Assembly: GCA_945883775.1 (NCBI GenBank)
Contig: CAMCYG010000005.1
Location: forward strand, 379-64,378
DNA length: 64,000 nucleotides
Reading direction: 5' to 3'
Origin: Victivallis vadensis
Lineage (GTDB): Bacteria; Verrucomicrobiota; Kiritimatiellia; UBA8416; CAMCYG01
A model generated the notes under the pieces. It made no database searches and had not been told where the DNA came from. It worked only from the letters and a program-made list of their open reading frames with translations. Each line of letters begins with the position of its first letter. Within the stretch, counting starts at the first letter, position 1. This document shows positions 9,146 to 18,445 of the stretch, piece after piece. The position numbers and the translations under genes are program-made.

Positions 9146-9268
9146 ACATCTTATAACGACCCATATCAAAGCCCCATCGACCAATTCTTTATTGATTTAC
9201 TTTGTAAGACTTTGCCTGACAGACAGGTTTTTAAGTTTTTGATAATCTTCCAAGCCAAAAGGAGCAAA

Positions 9269-9451
9269 ATGTCTTTATTAAATTATGTCAAGAATGTGAT
9301 TGCGAGGGTCAAGGGCCTGGAGTGTTCAGGGTGCAGATCCATGGATATAGGAACAGATAGGCGGGAAAACGATACGGCATTTGTTTGCCGTAGCTGTGGG
9401 AAGGTGCTGCTTGTCCTTGAGCCTGTGGAGTCCAATCGGCGCCAAGATTAA
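9269..9451 (+). CDS. Small Zn-ribbon protein, 60 aa
   Basis: GGAG RBS at 9261; CSGC...CRSCG pair of CxxC motifs. Confidence 0.55.
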   Translation: MSLLNYVKNVIARVKGLECSGCRSMDIGTDRRENDTAFVCRSCGKVLLVLEPVESNRRQD

Positions 9452-9603
9452 TGCGAATATTTCTAGCGTAAAACGATTAGAGAACATCGGATTAAGAGGA
9501 GACGGTTATATTCAAATCCCTATTCTTGACTTTGCCCCCCTTAAAATGCGAAAATTCTGTCTCATTCAGTATTGATTAAACAAAGAAGCAAGGGAGGTTC
9601 GGT

Positions 9604-10011
9604 ATGAAGAAGGTTATAGTTCTGGCGATGGCAATGGTAATGGCAGCGGCGGTGGCGTGGGCTGGATGCGGATCATGTCCGGGCGATAAGCCGGCTGAGA
9701 GCAAGGCGACCGCCAAGATCGCTGCATGCAAGGCCGGCGACACAGTCTACGCCTGCGCGGCATGCAAGACTTGTGATGTGAAGGCCGGCAAATGCCCGAA
9801 ATGCGGTGCGGATTTCAAGGCAATGAACGTATTGGCCGCGAAGGACGCAGCCATCACTTTGTGCCCCTGTGAAGTTGGTTGCAAGTGTACGGTTAAGGCC
9901 GATGACGCTACTCAATGCAGTTGCGGCAAGGCGGTCGTTGCGCTCAAGTGTGGTAAGGCCTGCAAGAAGGGCAAGAAGGCCTGCGACGCCCCCAAGGCGA
10001 AAGACCAGTAA
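9604..10011 (+). CDS. Exported cysteine-rich heavy-metal-binding-like protein
   Basis: GGGAGG RBS, signal peptide ending AWA, 17 Cys including YACAAC...GKCPKCG and CPCEVGCKC, own terminator. Confidence 0.75.
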   Translation: MKKVIVLAMAMVMAAAVAWAGCGSCPGDKPAESKATAKIAACKAGDTVYACAACKTCDVKAGKCPKCGADFKAMNVLAAKDAAITLCPCEVGCKCTVKADDATQCSCGKAVVALKCGKACKKGKKACDAPKAKDQ

Positions 10012-10031
10012 GAGCGTTTCTATGTGTTTAT

Positions 10032-10063
10032 AAAGGCCTCCCCACGCGGGAGGCCTTTTTTTT
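10032..10063. terminator. Intrinsic terminator between convergent genes, probably bidirectional
   Basis: AAAGGCCTCCC-cacgc-GGGAGGCCTTT followed by a T-run. Confidence 0.85.
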
Positions 10064-10086
10064 GCTCATTCCTCAGGTCTGATTGT

Positions 10087-11085
10087 TCAGATTATTTTAA
10101 ATTTCGGAAGGTCCTGAAGGTCTATGGCGCCGATGACCCGACTGCTATCGTCAAGGACGACAAGGTCATCTATGTTGTGATCTTCAAATGTCTTGAGTGC
10201 ATCCACTGCAAGCTTGTCGCCTTTGACTGTTATTGGCTTTCTTGTCATGAATCTATCAATGGGCATGTTGGTCAGATCTGGATAATCTGCTATGTGTCTG
10301 CGCAAGTCACCATCGGTGAATATCCCGAGGAGCCTGTTCTTTGCGTCAACGACGCAGGCAGAGCCGGATCTGGCCTCGGTCATGGCAAGGAGGGCGTTTT
10401 TGATAAGCGTGCCGGATTTGACCTTTGCCAGCCTGTCACCGGTCCGCATGATGTCGCTTGCTTTCATAAGGAGCGCCCGGCCTATTGCGCCGGCTGGATG
10501 GAGTCTGGCGTAATCTTCTTTCTTAAATCCGCGTGCGTAGAGCAGCACGATCGCCAGCGCATCTCCGACGGCAAGTGCAACAGTCGTGCTGCAGGTGGGT
10601 GCCATGTTAAAAGGACATGCTTCACGCTTTACGGGGGCGCAGATGACTATATCGCTATGCGTTGCCATGGAGCAGCGCTTGTTTCCGGTAAGCGCTATTA
10701 CCTTTACACCCTGTCTTCTGATAAAGGGAAGCAGGGTGATAATTTCATCGGATTCTCCGGAATAACTCAATGCCAGCAGGACATCATTAGGTCTGATTAT
10801 TCCCAAGTCCCCGTGCATGGCCTGAACCGGGTTGAGGGTGACGCTGGTGGAGCCGGTGCTTGCAAGGGTAGATGCAATCTTCTGGGCAATATGGTAATTC
10901 TTGCCGACGCCGGTAACGACTATCTTACCGCCCTTGGAAAGGCAAAACATTATGCTGTCCACTGCCTTACAGAAGTTATTATCAAGTCTGGTCCGTGCAA
11001 ATATCATGCTATCGATCTCGGTCTTCAGCACTTCTTTAGCTTTTTCCAGATAATTAAGCTTTGTTTTCATATATGCGGACACCAT
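10087..11085 (-). CDS. kdsD: Arabinose-5-phosphate isomerase KdsD/GutQ (SIS plus 2 CBS domains)
   Basis: VVTGVGK, AMHGDLG, SYSGES, EACPFNMAPTCSTT, HPAGAIG, and CBS GIFTDGDLRR. Confidence 0.95.
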   Translation of the reverse strand: MVSAYMKTKLNYLEKAKEVLKTEIDSMIFARTRLDNNFCKAVDSIMFCLSKGGKIVVTGVGKNYHIAQKIASTLASTGSTSVTLNPVQAMHGDLGIIRPNDVLLALSYSGESDEIITLLPFIRRQGVKVIALTGNKRCSMATHSDIVICAPVKREACPFNMAPTCSTTVALAVGDALAIVLLYARGFKKEDYARLHPAGAIGRALLMKASDIMRTGDRLAKVKSGTLIKNALLAMTEARSGSACVVDAKNRLLGIFTDGDLRRHIADYPDLTNMPIDRFMTRKPITVKGDKLAVDALKTFEDHNIDDLVVLDDSSRVIGAIDLQDLPKFKII

Positions 11086-11252
11086 TTATCATACTGTATC
11101 GAATTTAGTCAATAACGGGTTTGATTGATGAAATTTAACCCGTGTTTCCTGTTTATCATTATTGACTTTGTATTCAAAATAAACATAATCCGGCAAATTG
11201 TTTTTGCGCTTCAATTCGGATGAATTTATAACTGAAAGGTAAGTGAGACGAC

Positions 11253-12419
11253 ATGGCTGAAGAACTTGCATTTGTGCTGATCAATCCCTACACGATTTCC
11301 AAATCAAGGACTGGTGGCGTTATCGCCCGGTACGTGGGTCGAACTGACCTGACGCTGGTAGGGGCCCGCATGTTCGGTCCGAGTCAGGAGCTGGTCACGG
11401 AGTTTGCTGAGCTTATGCGACAGACAGATCAGGAAGAGCTGGAGAATACCAACCTGATAGCGGATTATATTCTGAAGAATTATGCACCGCATCCGGCGAC
11501 GGGTAAGCCCAGGCGAGTGATGCTTCTTCTCTTTGAGGGTGAAAATGCTGTCGGGAAAATATGGCACGTCACCGGTAGTGCGACACTCAAATCAGGCAGC
11601 GGCGAAACTGTCCGTGACACATACGGCGATTATATTCTAGACGACAATGAGCAGGTGAAGTATTGCGAGCCGGCGGTGCTTGTCGCGCCTTCCAAAGCAA
11701 AGGCCGCAGATGTCCTGAAATTATGGGCGCGACACTCGGACGCCGATGGCGGTGTGATTGAAAATGCCTTCGATGTCCCGGCGATAGACGCCGAGGATGA
11801 GACGCTGGTCGTTCTGAAGCCTGATAATTTCCGCTTTCCGAGTTCCAGGCCTGGTAACATTATCGATCTGCTTTCGTCGGCTAACCTGCGCATCATCGGA
11901 GTCAAGAAGTTCGGAATGAGCGTAGATCAGGCCGAGGAATTCTATGGACCGGTCAAGAACATCTTTCGCACGAAGTTCAGGGCGCTGGCCGAGGGTAAAG
12001 CGGTCCAGGCACTTTCCCGTGAGTTTGGTTACGATATTCCTGCAGACACTGTATCTAAGATCGGAGAAAGTCTGGCGAATCTGTACGCAGATGCCCAGTT
12101 CGGTACCATCATCAAGTTTATGACGGGCAAGACGCCTGCCGAATGTCCTGTTGACCAAAGAAGCAAGCCCGGTTCAGAGGTGTGCATCGGCCTCGTCTAT
12201 GCAGGGCAGGGTGCCGTTGCCAAAATCAGGCAGCTGCTTGGATCGACTGATCCTAATCAGGCCAGGCCTGGATCGGTGAGAAAAGAATATGGAAGCAACG
12301 TGCTGGTTAACGCTGCCCATGCATCCGATTCCCCAGAGAATGTTAAACGGGAGATGGGTATTATAAAGATGAGAGAAGACAATCTGGCAGAACTTGTAGA
12401 AAAACATTACGGACTGTAA
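11253..12419 (+). CDS. ndk: Nucleoside diphosphate kinase, tandem two-domain form
   Basis: Two NDK-like halves (FVLINPY...; TLVVLKPD...), LLGSTDPNQARPGSVR and catalytic NAAHASDS in the second half. Confidence 0.85.
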   Translation: MAEELAFVLINPYTISKSRTGGVIARYVGRTDLTLVGARMFGPSQELVTEFAELMRQTDQEELENTNLIADYILKNYAPHPATGKPRRVMLLLFEGENAVGKIWHVTGSATLKSGSGETVRDTYGDYILDDNEQVKYCEPAVLVAPSKAKAADVLKLWARHSDADGGVIENAFDVPAIDAEDETLVVLKPDNFRFPSSRPGNIIDLLSSANLRIIGVKKFGMSVDQAEEFYGPVKNIFRTKFRALAEGKAVQALSREFGYDIPADTVSKIGESLANLYADAQFGTIIKFMTGKTPAECPVDQRSKPGSEVCIGLVYAGQGAVAKIRQLLGSTDPNQARPGSVRKEYGSNVLVNAAHASDSPENVKREMGIIKMREDNLAELVEKHYGL

Positions 12420-12430
12420 GGAGTTGAGGT

Positions 12431-13603
12431 ATGGGTAATCTGGATCTTAATAAGCATGTTACGGCTATATCGCCATCGCTGACGCTTGGCATCACTCAGC
12501 GGGCAAATGAGTTGAAGAACAAGGGGGTCAATGTGTTCAGCTTCGCGGCAGGTGAGCCTGATTGCGATACTCCCCAGCACATCAAAGATGCTGCTGTGAA
12601 GGCATTGGCCGGCGGAAAGACCAAGTATACTGCAACAGACGGTCTGATTGAGCTTAGGCAGGCGATAGTCGCCAAGCTGCAGAAGGACAATGGCTTGACT
12701 TACAAGCCCTCTCAGATAGTCGTAAGCAATGGTGCGAAGCATTCTCTGCTCAATACTTTTCTTGCGATCCTTAATGATGGCGACGAGGTCATCATTCCGT
12801 CTCCGTTCTGGCTGAGCTATCCTGAAATGATCAAGATTGCTGGCGGAAAATCAGTGTTTCTGAAGGGGCGAGCCGGCAATGATTACAAGATAACTCCCGA
12901 TGAATTTCAGAAAGCTATAACGCCCAGAACGAAAGCTATCGTCATCAATAGCCCCTCGAATCCAACCGGAGTCATCTATACACGCAAGGAGCTGGAAGGT
13001 TTGGCGGCCGTTGCTGTGAAAAACGGCGTATATGTGATTTCTGACGAGATTTACGAGAAGCTGGTATACGAGGGGCAGGAGCATGTAAGCATAGGCAGTC
13101 TGTCCAAGGAAATCCTGGACCTGACGATAACCATCAACGGTTTCAGCAAGGTGTATTCTATGACCGGCTGGAGGCTTGGTTATCTGGGTGCTCCTGCAAA
13201 AGTAGCGGATGCGATCTCGGCATTGCAGAGTCATGGTACATCAGGCCCGAATACATTTGCACAGTATGGTGCGCTTGAGGCTCTGAAAGGACCTCAGGGC
13301 TGTGTGGAAGAGATGCGGTTGGAGTTCGATAAGCGCAGGCTATACATCTACAATCGTCTGAATGCAATGAAGGGCGTCAAATGCATAAAGCCGATGGGCG
13401 CGTTTTATGTGTTCTGTGACATCAGCAGTTTCAAGTTGGACTCGATAACCTTCTCGGAAAAATTACTCGTACAGGAAGGCGTTGCCGTAGTTCCTGGAGT
13501 CTCTTTTGATGCAGATGAGTTCATACGTTTCTCCTATGCCTGCAGCATGGACAACATTACTGGCGGGCTGGATAAGTTCGAGAAATTCGTAAAATCGCTC
13601 TAG
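12431..13603 (+). CDS. aspC: PLP-dependent aspartate aminotransferase (class I/II)
   Basis: AGEPD, NSPSNPTG, ISDEIYE and NGFSKVYSMTGWRLGY (PLP lysine). Confidence 0.9.
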   Translation: MGNLDLNKHVTAISPSLTLGITQRANELKNKGVNVFSFAAGEPDCDTPQHIKDAAVKALAGGKTKYTATDGLIELRQAIVAKLQKDNGLTYKPSQIVVSNGAKHSLLNTFLAILNDGDEVIIPSPFWLSYPEMIKIAGGKSVFLKGRAGNDYKITPDEFQKAITPRTKAIVINSPSNPTGVIYTRKELEGLAAVAVKNGVYVISDEIYEKLVYEGQEHVSIGSLSKEILDLTITINGFSKVYSMTGWRLGYLGAPAKVADAISALQSHGTSGPNTFAQYGALEALKGPQGCVEEMRLEFDKRRLYIYNRLNAMKGVKCIKPMGAFYVFCDISSFKLDSITFSEKLLVQEGVAVVPGVSFDADEFIRFSYACSMDNITGGLDKFEKFVKSL

Positions 13604-13630
13604 GACACATTTTTCTATTTAAAATAGATA

Positions 13631-13658
13631 TTGACTTGTATCAATAAGCCTGTAAATT
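13631..13658 (+). promoter_or_regulatory. Probable sigma70 promoter for tRNA-Gly/tRNA-Lys
   Basis: TTGACT-16-TAAATT, 19 nt upstream of tRNA-Gly. Confidence 0.5.
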
Positions 13659-13677
13659 TGCTGGCTGAAAAAACGAA

Positions 13678-13751
13678 GCGAGCGTTGCTTAGTGGTAAAG
13701 CTCCACCTTGCCAAGGTGGTCACACGGGTTCGATTCCCGTCGCTCGCTCCA
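13678..13751 (+). tRNA. tRNA-Gly(GCC)
   Basis: GCGAGCG/CGCTCGC acceptor stem, CCACC-TTGCCAA-GGTGG anticodon arm, GGTTCGATTCC, U73-CCA. Confidence 0.95.
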
Positions 13752-13802
13752 GTTCATCGGATAACCAAGTCCGCAGTGATCCAAATAATAGACGATTTAG
13801 GT

Positions 13803-13878
13803 GGAAGTGTAGCTCAGTTGGTAGAGCAGATGACTCTTAATCATCGGGTCGAGGGTTCGAGTCCCTCCACTTCTACCA
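13803..13878 (+). tRNA. tRNA-Lys(CTT)
   Basis: GGAAGTG/CACTTCT acceptor stem, GATGA-CTCTTAA-TCATC anticodon arm, GGTTCGAGTCC, CCA. Confidence 0.95.
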
Positions 13879-13918
13879 ATTCCCCAACAAATTCATATGT
13901 CGAAACCCTAGTGTTTAT

Positions 13919-16072
13919 TTATTTGTCCCGGGTTTTTTGTTTTTGTGCGTCGAGGTAGAACTTAAGGGCATCGGTATAGGCCCGATTATTCGGCATCAAT
14001 TCGACTGCCCGCTTGCACCATTTTATCCCTTCTTCGCATACAGTGTTTCTGTTTAGTATAACGCCCAGGTTGTACGCAGCCTGAGCCATGCTGCTGTCGG
14101 CTGTCAGTGCGATGCGCAAATGTTTTTCTGCGTCAGCAATATTGTTCTGCTCTGCAAGTGCCAGTGCGAGATTAAAGTTCACTGCGGGATTATTCGGCTC
14201 GATAGCCAATGCTTTTCTTAGAAGGTTCATCGCTGTTTTCATGTTGCCCTGTCTGGCATACAACATAGAGGCGTTCACAATAGGGAGGATGACATCAGGA
14301 CGCAGTTTCATGGACTGTTCATATGAGGCAAGTGCCTGTGATGTCCAGTGCCGTTCTTCGTAGTAGTTTCCGATGTTGTAGTGCGAGCTCCAGGAGTCGG
14401 GAGCGCCCATTAGGCAGTTTTCCAGTTCTTTGAAAGCGCTGTCGCATTGTTTGCGGCATTTCGGGTCCAATAGGCTGCTTGCATATCGAGCAAGAGAAGC
14501 TGCGGCAGATATGCGGACCAGCCTGTAGTCATCCGCAGTGGCAGTGATCAGGCCGTCGAAAGTCTCTCGGCTTGGGTCGTTTGAAAGTGTGGTTGCCGCA
14601 GCCGATCTAACCAGTGGCGAAGTATTTTTCAGCGCTTTTCTGATTACAGGCCATTTGGCAGGAGCCTCACATGCGGCAAGCAGTCGGATTAATGAAACAA
14701 CAGTAATGTTGTCGCTCTTCTCGTCGCCGATGAATTTAAGCATGTCGTCTAGCTGGCGCCAGTCACGTTTTTTTGCCGAATCGATAAGGTTTGCCCGGTA
14801 AAGCACAGGCGCCTGATAATCGCGAGTCCGCCATTCTTTTACAAAGCCGTTGGCCCAGTATGCGTCCCTGTTGATGTGGCAGAGATTGCATGCGTTGGGG
14901 GATTTAAAGGCGATTGTTGCTGCCGGGGTGGGTGGACGCATGGAGTGATCAGATCTGCGCATCCGTGCAAAAGTGGTCATAGGCATATGGCACGAGATAC
15001 ATCGGGAACCTTTACTGCCTTCATCGTGGTGTGTATGTTCAATAGCATTTTTCACTCTTTCTTGGTGGCAAGGCAGACAGGCCTCGTTACTCTTTTCGCC
15101 TGCAAAACGGAATCGCCCGCTTGAAGTGTGGCAGTGTATGCACTCGAGTTTGCCTGCCTTGACGCAGGGACTGGTTAGCCACTGGGTATATGTGTAATTT
15201 TCTCCCAGGTCGCGTCCGTCAGGATAGAAATCCTGATCTTCGAATGTGGTCAGGTCGTAGTGGTCAAAAAAACGCTGGCCCGGGGTAAATCCTGCTGTTA
15301 TTGGACGCATCTTGGCGTGGCAGGGTGCGCAGTTGTCGTCACGCTGTTGCATTGTCATGGCCTTTTGTCTGATAAGTTTCAGGTCGGTCGGAATCGTGTT
15401 TGTCGGTGCGGCGAGGCAGACCCGGACGTGCTCACCGCAGGGGCCGTGGCAGGTTTCGCAGTTGATACCTGGTTCGCGCCAGACTGTGTTATATGTGTCG
15501 GTCTTGAGGTCGTAATTCTTTGCAAGTTGGCTGACATGACAGCCGAAGCACGCGGTGTTGAATGTGAGCATGGGGTCCCGCCAGTCGAGAGGAGTGTCGC
15601 GCATATCGCCGAAGTGCCGAACCATGCTTGATGCGGTGTTGAACCACTCGTTGCTTTGCACGTCGTAGGCCAGAGGCAGTACCTGTAGGCGTCCGCGTTC
15701 CAGGGGCGTCAGGAAATAGTAGACATTCTTTCCGCCCATGGCATGGGCCATAGCATGAGTCGTGCGGCCGGCAGTGCCTTCTTCTGTCAATGTACGGGAA
15801 GCGATATCAGCCTTGAAACTTTGTTGTCCGATTTTAATCGGCGTGTCCATGGCCGTAAGGGCGTTACTTGCAAATGTGTCGGTGAATGGCTGCATGGCCA
15901 GCCCATGGTGTGATGTGGACCATAGTTCGTAGAACTTTTCGTGGCACTGGCGGCAAGTCGTTGAGCCGGTAAAATCATCCGAATCTGCTTTTTCTTTTTT
16001 GCTCTGTGAGCAGCCAAACGGTAGTATGGCCAAAGAAATAAGGGAAAGTAATATAATCGGTTTATATTTCAT
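13919..16072 (-). CDS. Octaheme c-type cytochrome lipoprotein with C-terminal HEAT and TPR repeats
   Basis: Lipobox LPFG-C. Eight CxxCH motifs (CRQCH, CFGCH, CETCH, CAPCH, CIHCH, CLPCH, CISCH, CNLCH), followed by HEAT-like (PLVRSAAA, RLVRISAA) and TPR helices. Confidence 0.88.
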   Translation of the reverse strand: MKYKPIILLSLISLAILPFGCSQSKKEKADSDDFTGSTTCRQCHEKFYELWSTSHHGLAMQPFTDTFASNALTAMDTPIKIGQQSFKADIASRTLTEEGTAGRTTHAMAHAMGGKNVYYFLTPLERGRLQVLPLAYDVQSNEWFNTASSMVRHFGDMRDTPLDWRDPMLTFNTACFGCHVSQLAKNYDLKTDTYNTVWREPGINCETCHGPCGEHVRVCLAAPTNTIPTDLKLIRQKAMTMQQRDDNCAPCHAKMRPITAGFTPGQRFFDHYDLTTFEDQDFYPDGRDLGENYTYTQWLTSPCVKAGKLECIHCHTSSGRFRFAGEKSNEACLPCHQERVKNAIEHTHHDEGSKGSRCISCHMPMTTFARMRRSDHSMRPPTPAATIAFKSPNACNLCHINRDAYWANGFVKEWRTRDYQAPVLYRANLIDSAKKRDWRQLDDMLKFIGDEKSDNITVVSLIRLLAACEAPAKWPVIRKALKNTSPLVRSAAATTLSNDPSRETFDGLITATADDYRLVRISAAASLARYASSLLDPKCRKQCDSAFKELENCLMGAPDSWSSHYNIGNYYEERHWTSQALASYEQSMKLRPDVILPIVNASMLYARQGNMKTAMNLLRKALAIEPNNPAVNFNLALALAEQNNIADAEKHLRIALTADSSMAQAAYNLGVILNRNTVCEEGIKWCKRAVELMPNNRAYTDALKFYLDAQKQKTRDK

Positions 16073-16124
16073 GTTTGTGGGAGGTGTTTAGCATATGATC
16101 TGAGGCCTTACAAGTTGGAATTAG

Positions 16125-16210
16125 CCTCGATTGCCAAACTAAACGCGCCTGCCTAACTCCGCAGGAGAGGCTCGGTTAGTTTGGCAATCGAGGGCGCAAT
16201 TCGTTTGCGC
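16125..16210. repeat. Long perfect inverted repeat forming a structured intergenic element
   Basis: CCTCGATTGCCAAACTAA (16125-16142) and TTAGTTTGGCAATCGAGG (16176-16193), plus the adjacent GCGCAA/TTGCGC hairpin. Confidence 0.85.
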
Positions 16211-16392
16211 GAAGATTTGCTGATTGTCCTTGTAATGCAAAATGGAAGCCCTTAAGGTACTGCTATTATTCTCGCTGATTGGTTTCGTTAACTTGCAGGA
16301 TAGTGTGAATGATAAATGTTTGATTTGCTGAAGTATGTGACGGTGAGAGATGTACGGTCTCTAGCCTGTGAAGACAGAAGGGGAATGCAAAA

Positions 16393-17508
16393 ATGACTGC
16401 TCGACATACTGATATTGACAGTATTTGCGATGTATCGCGACGTGATTTTGTTAAAACATGCATGACTGTGACAGCCTTGATGGGCTTGCCGCACGCCATG
16501 TTCGGTAAGGTGCTGGAGACTGCAGAATCTGACAGCAAGCTCCCGGTTGTCTGGCTTCATTTTCAGGAGTGCACAGGTTGTTCGGAGTCGCTTTTGCGGT
16601 CAAGTCATCCAACGGTGCAGGCTCTTATTCTCGACAAGATATCACTGGATTATCATGAAACTCTCATGGCAGGTTCAGGTTTTCAGGCAGAACATGCTAT
16701 GCATGAATCTATTTCCTTGAATAAGGGGAAATACGTTTTGGTGGTCGAGGGCGCAATTCCAAAAGCTGAGAACGGCATATACTGTAAGGTCGCAGGAAAG
16801 ACAGCGGTAGAGTCGCTGACTTCCGCTGCAAAAGATGCGTTGGCCATAATCAGTATCGGGACTTGTGCCTCTTATGGTGGAATTCAGTCCGTCCAGCCTA
16901 ACCCTACCGGTGCTGTGGGAGTTGGTGATATTGTGAAGGATAAACCGATAATAAATATTCCCGGCTGTCCGCCAAATCCATATACATTTCTTTCTACAGT
17001 GCTTTATTATCTGACGCTTAAACGGCTGCCCAAGCTGGATAAAATGGGAAGGCCAGAGTTCGCCTATGGCCGCAGAATACACGAGCACTGCGAAAGGCGT
17101 CCGCATTTCGATGCCGGCAGATTTGCCAGGGCTTACGGCGACGAAGGTCATGCCCAGGGTTATTGCCTGTATCAGCTTGGCTGTAAGGGTCCGGCTACGT
17201 TTGCCAACTGTCCGGTCCAGCGGTTTAACGATGTCGGTGCATGGCCGGTCTCGATCGGTCATCCATGCATAGGATGTACCGAGCCTGATATTCTTTTCAA
17301 AACTTCAATATCAGACAAAGTTCAGATTCATGAACCAACTCCGTTTGACAGTTACGCGCCTGTGGATGCTGGCAAGAGGGGGCATGGCGCCGATCCCGTG
17401 ACTACCGCAGTTCTTGGGCTGGTTGCCGGAGCGGCTATAGGCGCAGGTGCTATGCTTGCAAAGAAACTTCCTGATACGGCAGAGACCGGGGGCAAGAAGG
17501 CTCAATGA
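16393..17508 (+). CDS. hybO: [NiFe]-hydrogenase small subunit, Hyb (hydrogenase-2) type
   Basis: Tat motif SRRDFVK, WLHFQECTGCSES, PGCPPNP, HEHCERR, CLYQLGCKGP, HPCIGC, C-terminal transmembrane anchor. Confidence 0.95.
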   Translation: MTARHTDIDSICDVSRRDFVKTCMTVTALMGLPHAMFGKVLETAESDSKLPVVWLHFQECTGCSESLLRSSHPTVQALILDKISLDYHETLMAGSGFQAEHAMHESISLNKGKYVLVVEGAIPKAENGIYCKVAGKTAVESLTSAAKDALAIISIGTCASYGGIQSVQPNPTGAVGVGDIVKDKPIINIPGCPPNPYTFLSTVLYYLTLKRLPKLDKMGRPEFAYGRRIHEHCERRPHFDAGRFARAYGDEGHAQGYCLYQLGCKGPATFANCPVQRFNDVGAWPVSIGHPCIGCTEPDILFKTSISDKVQIHEPTPFDSYAPVDAGKRGHGADPVTTAVLGLVAGAAIGAGAMLAKKLPDTAETGGKKAQ

Positions 17509-18443
17509 AAGAGTTCAACAGGCGGGATTTCTTTAAAGTCGCAGGATTGTGCACGGGAGTATGTGCCTTAGCACCCGTTGCGGTTGCCGCTGATGACGCG
17601 GCACCAGCGGTAAACGCTGAACAGTTCGGGATGCTTTATGACGCAACTAAGTGTGTTGGTTGTAAAGCCTGCATGTCCGCCTGCAAAAAGACTAATAATG
17701 ATAATGGCAATCTGCAGTGCGATAAGGCCAGATTCGATCCTGACACCAAATGGGATGCGCCTGCGGATTTGAGCGGAAATAACCGGACAATCATTAAGCT
17801 TCACAAGGAAAACAGTACCACTTGGTCTTATGTCAAATATTCCTGCATGCATTGCCAGAAGCCGGCTTGTGTTTCTGTGTGTCCGGTCGGAGCTTTGACT
17901 AAAGACCAGAAGACCGGGATAGTAGGTTATAACAAGGACTTCTGCATAGGCTGTCGCTACTGCCAGATTGGCTGTCCCTTTAATATTCCCAAATTCCAGT
18001 GGGACCGTGCCATACCGCAGATCGTGAAGTGCAATTTCTGCAAAGATACATATTTCAAAACGAAAGGGATCACCGCCTGTGCAGATGTGTGCCCGACCAA
18101 GGCGATACTTTTCGGGAAGCGTGGCGTTCTTCTTGCTGAAGCTAAGCGACGTCTGCAGGAGAGTCCGGGTCGATATGTCCAGAAGATCTACGGAGAAAAA
18201 GAGGTTGGAGGGGTGAACCATCTTTATCTTTCAGGCGTACCGTTTGAAAAACTCGGACTGCGCGCTTTGCCGGAGGATGCGCCGCCGGTCTTCTCCGAAA
18301 AGATTCACCATGCAATATACAAGGGGTTCATCGCTCCAATAGCGCTGTACTCTGTTCTATGCTTTGTAGCTTTGCGTAATATGAAAAAGCAAAAGCAGGT
18401 AGATGCGGAAAATTCGCCCGCGGCTGGCGGAGGGAAGGCCTAG
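17505..18443 (+). CDS. hybA: Hydrogenase-2 Fe-S subunit (4x[4Fe-4S] ferredoxin type)
   Basis: Tat NRRDFFK, CVGCKACMSAC, CMHCQKPACVSVCP, CIGCRYCQIGCP, C-terminal transmembrane helix. Confidence 0.93.
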   Translation: MKEFNRRDFFKVAGLCTGVCALAPVAVAADDAAPAVNAEQFGMLYDATKCVGCKACMSACKKTNNDNGNLQCDKARFDPDTKWDAPADLSGNNRTIIKLHKENSTTWSYVKYSCMHCQKPACVSVCPVGALTKDQKTGIVGYNKDFCIGCRYCQIGCPFNIPKFQWDRAIPQIVKCNFCKDTYFKTKGITACADVCPTKAILFGKRGVLLAEAKRRLQESPGRYVQKIYGEKEVGGVNHLYLSGVPFEKLGLRALPEDAPPVFSEKIHHAIYKGFIAPIALYSVLCFVALRNMKKQKQVDAENSPAAGGGKA

Positions 18444-18445
18444 TC

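Noticed and set aside
8332-9451. Possible integrative element at tRNA-Met
   Set aside because: No integrase, and no duplicated tRNA 3' end was seen here or at the Gly, Lys or Ala tRNAs.
10024-11115. 363-aa plus-strand ORF
   Set aside because: Antisense shadow of kdsD with no recognisable motifs. The same applies to 41243-42220 (opposite parB), 16675-17262 and 17568-18221 (opposite hyb genes) and most other short overlapping ORFs in the track.
13631-13644. FNR/CRP-like box TTGAC-N4-ATCAA
   Set aside because: It coincides with the -35 of the tRNA promoter, has one mismatch, and is best explained by the promoter itself.
16180-16200. Sigma-54 promoter for the hydrogenase (TGGCA...)
   Set aside because: No TTGC at the -12 position. 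No convincing -24/-12 site was found by eye in the intergenic regions checked.
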